A stretch of 64,000 nt of DNA, from assembly GCA_002633005.1 (NCBI GenBank), contig NMRA01000047.1:188913-252912 (forward strand), written 5' to 3'. The stretch comes from Phoronis australis (lineage: Eukaryota; Animalia; Phoronida). Shown piece after piece: positions 63,722-64,000 of the stretch. The stretch's first letter is position 1, and every line of letters begins with the position of its first letter. A program made the translations under genes and the position numbers. The notes under the pieces are model-generated. The model searched no databases, was not told the DNA's origin, and was given only the letters and a program-made list of their open reading frames with translations.

Positions 63722-64000
63722 GTACATATCTTTTTCTGTTTTCTATTGTTTTACTTGAATAGGGTATTAACTGCAAATTGTGTTCTTTTTACAATTAATT
63801 TATACTGCTTCTTTATATTACTGATTTACTAAATATCACTCCTATGAAGACATTTCTAATTTGTTGTTACCGACTATTATTACTGAGGGCTTGGAATTTT
63901 CCTTGAAGAGGCTTTCCTATTTTGGTTTCGATTTCCTCTCATTTTAATTCCAGTTTCCTCTTTTTTTCTTCTCGTTTTTTATCATTAGTTTGACTTTATT

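Overview
Eukaryotic, AT-rich, repeat-dense genomic DNA from an invertebrate animal (a lophotrochozoan such as a mollusc is my inference), with a 948-N gap (14207-15154) and a single-N join (53430). There are two host genes. The first is a minus-strand single-cysteine-cluster Toll-like receptor (two coding exons, 8717-6202 and 4895-4643, 922 aa, intron inside the TIR domain). The second is a plus-strand NSUN7-like gene with six clear coding exons from 54021 to 63721 that runs off the window, plus a probable RFX X-box promoter and upstream exons at 33.7-34.2 kb. Between them is a nested transposon cluster (18.7-25.2 kb): two inverted Penelope-like copies, hammerhead motifs, MITEs and two copies of a HERO-like RLE non-LTR retrotransposon. 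The main finding is that one HERO copy continues past its endonuclease C-terminus into a decayed but complete, intronless USP/peptidase C19 deubiquitinase domain. Combining the two copies restores one reading frame from the RLE tail into the USP, implying an RT-ZnK-RLE-USP polyprotein. Other notable signals are Helentron-like repeats carrying regularly spaced, co-oriented CTCF-like motifs, several MITE families with 5-bp TSDs, a palindromic foldback array and a decayed unknown intronless ORF with 40-aa repeats. All calls were made by eye; no database searches were run.
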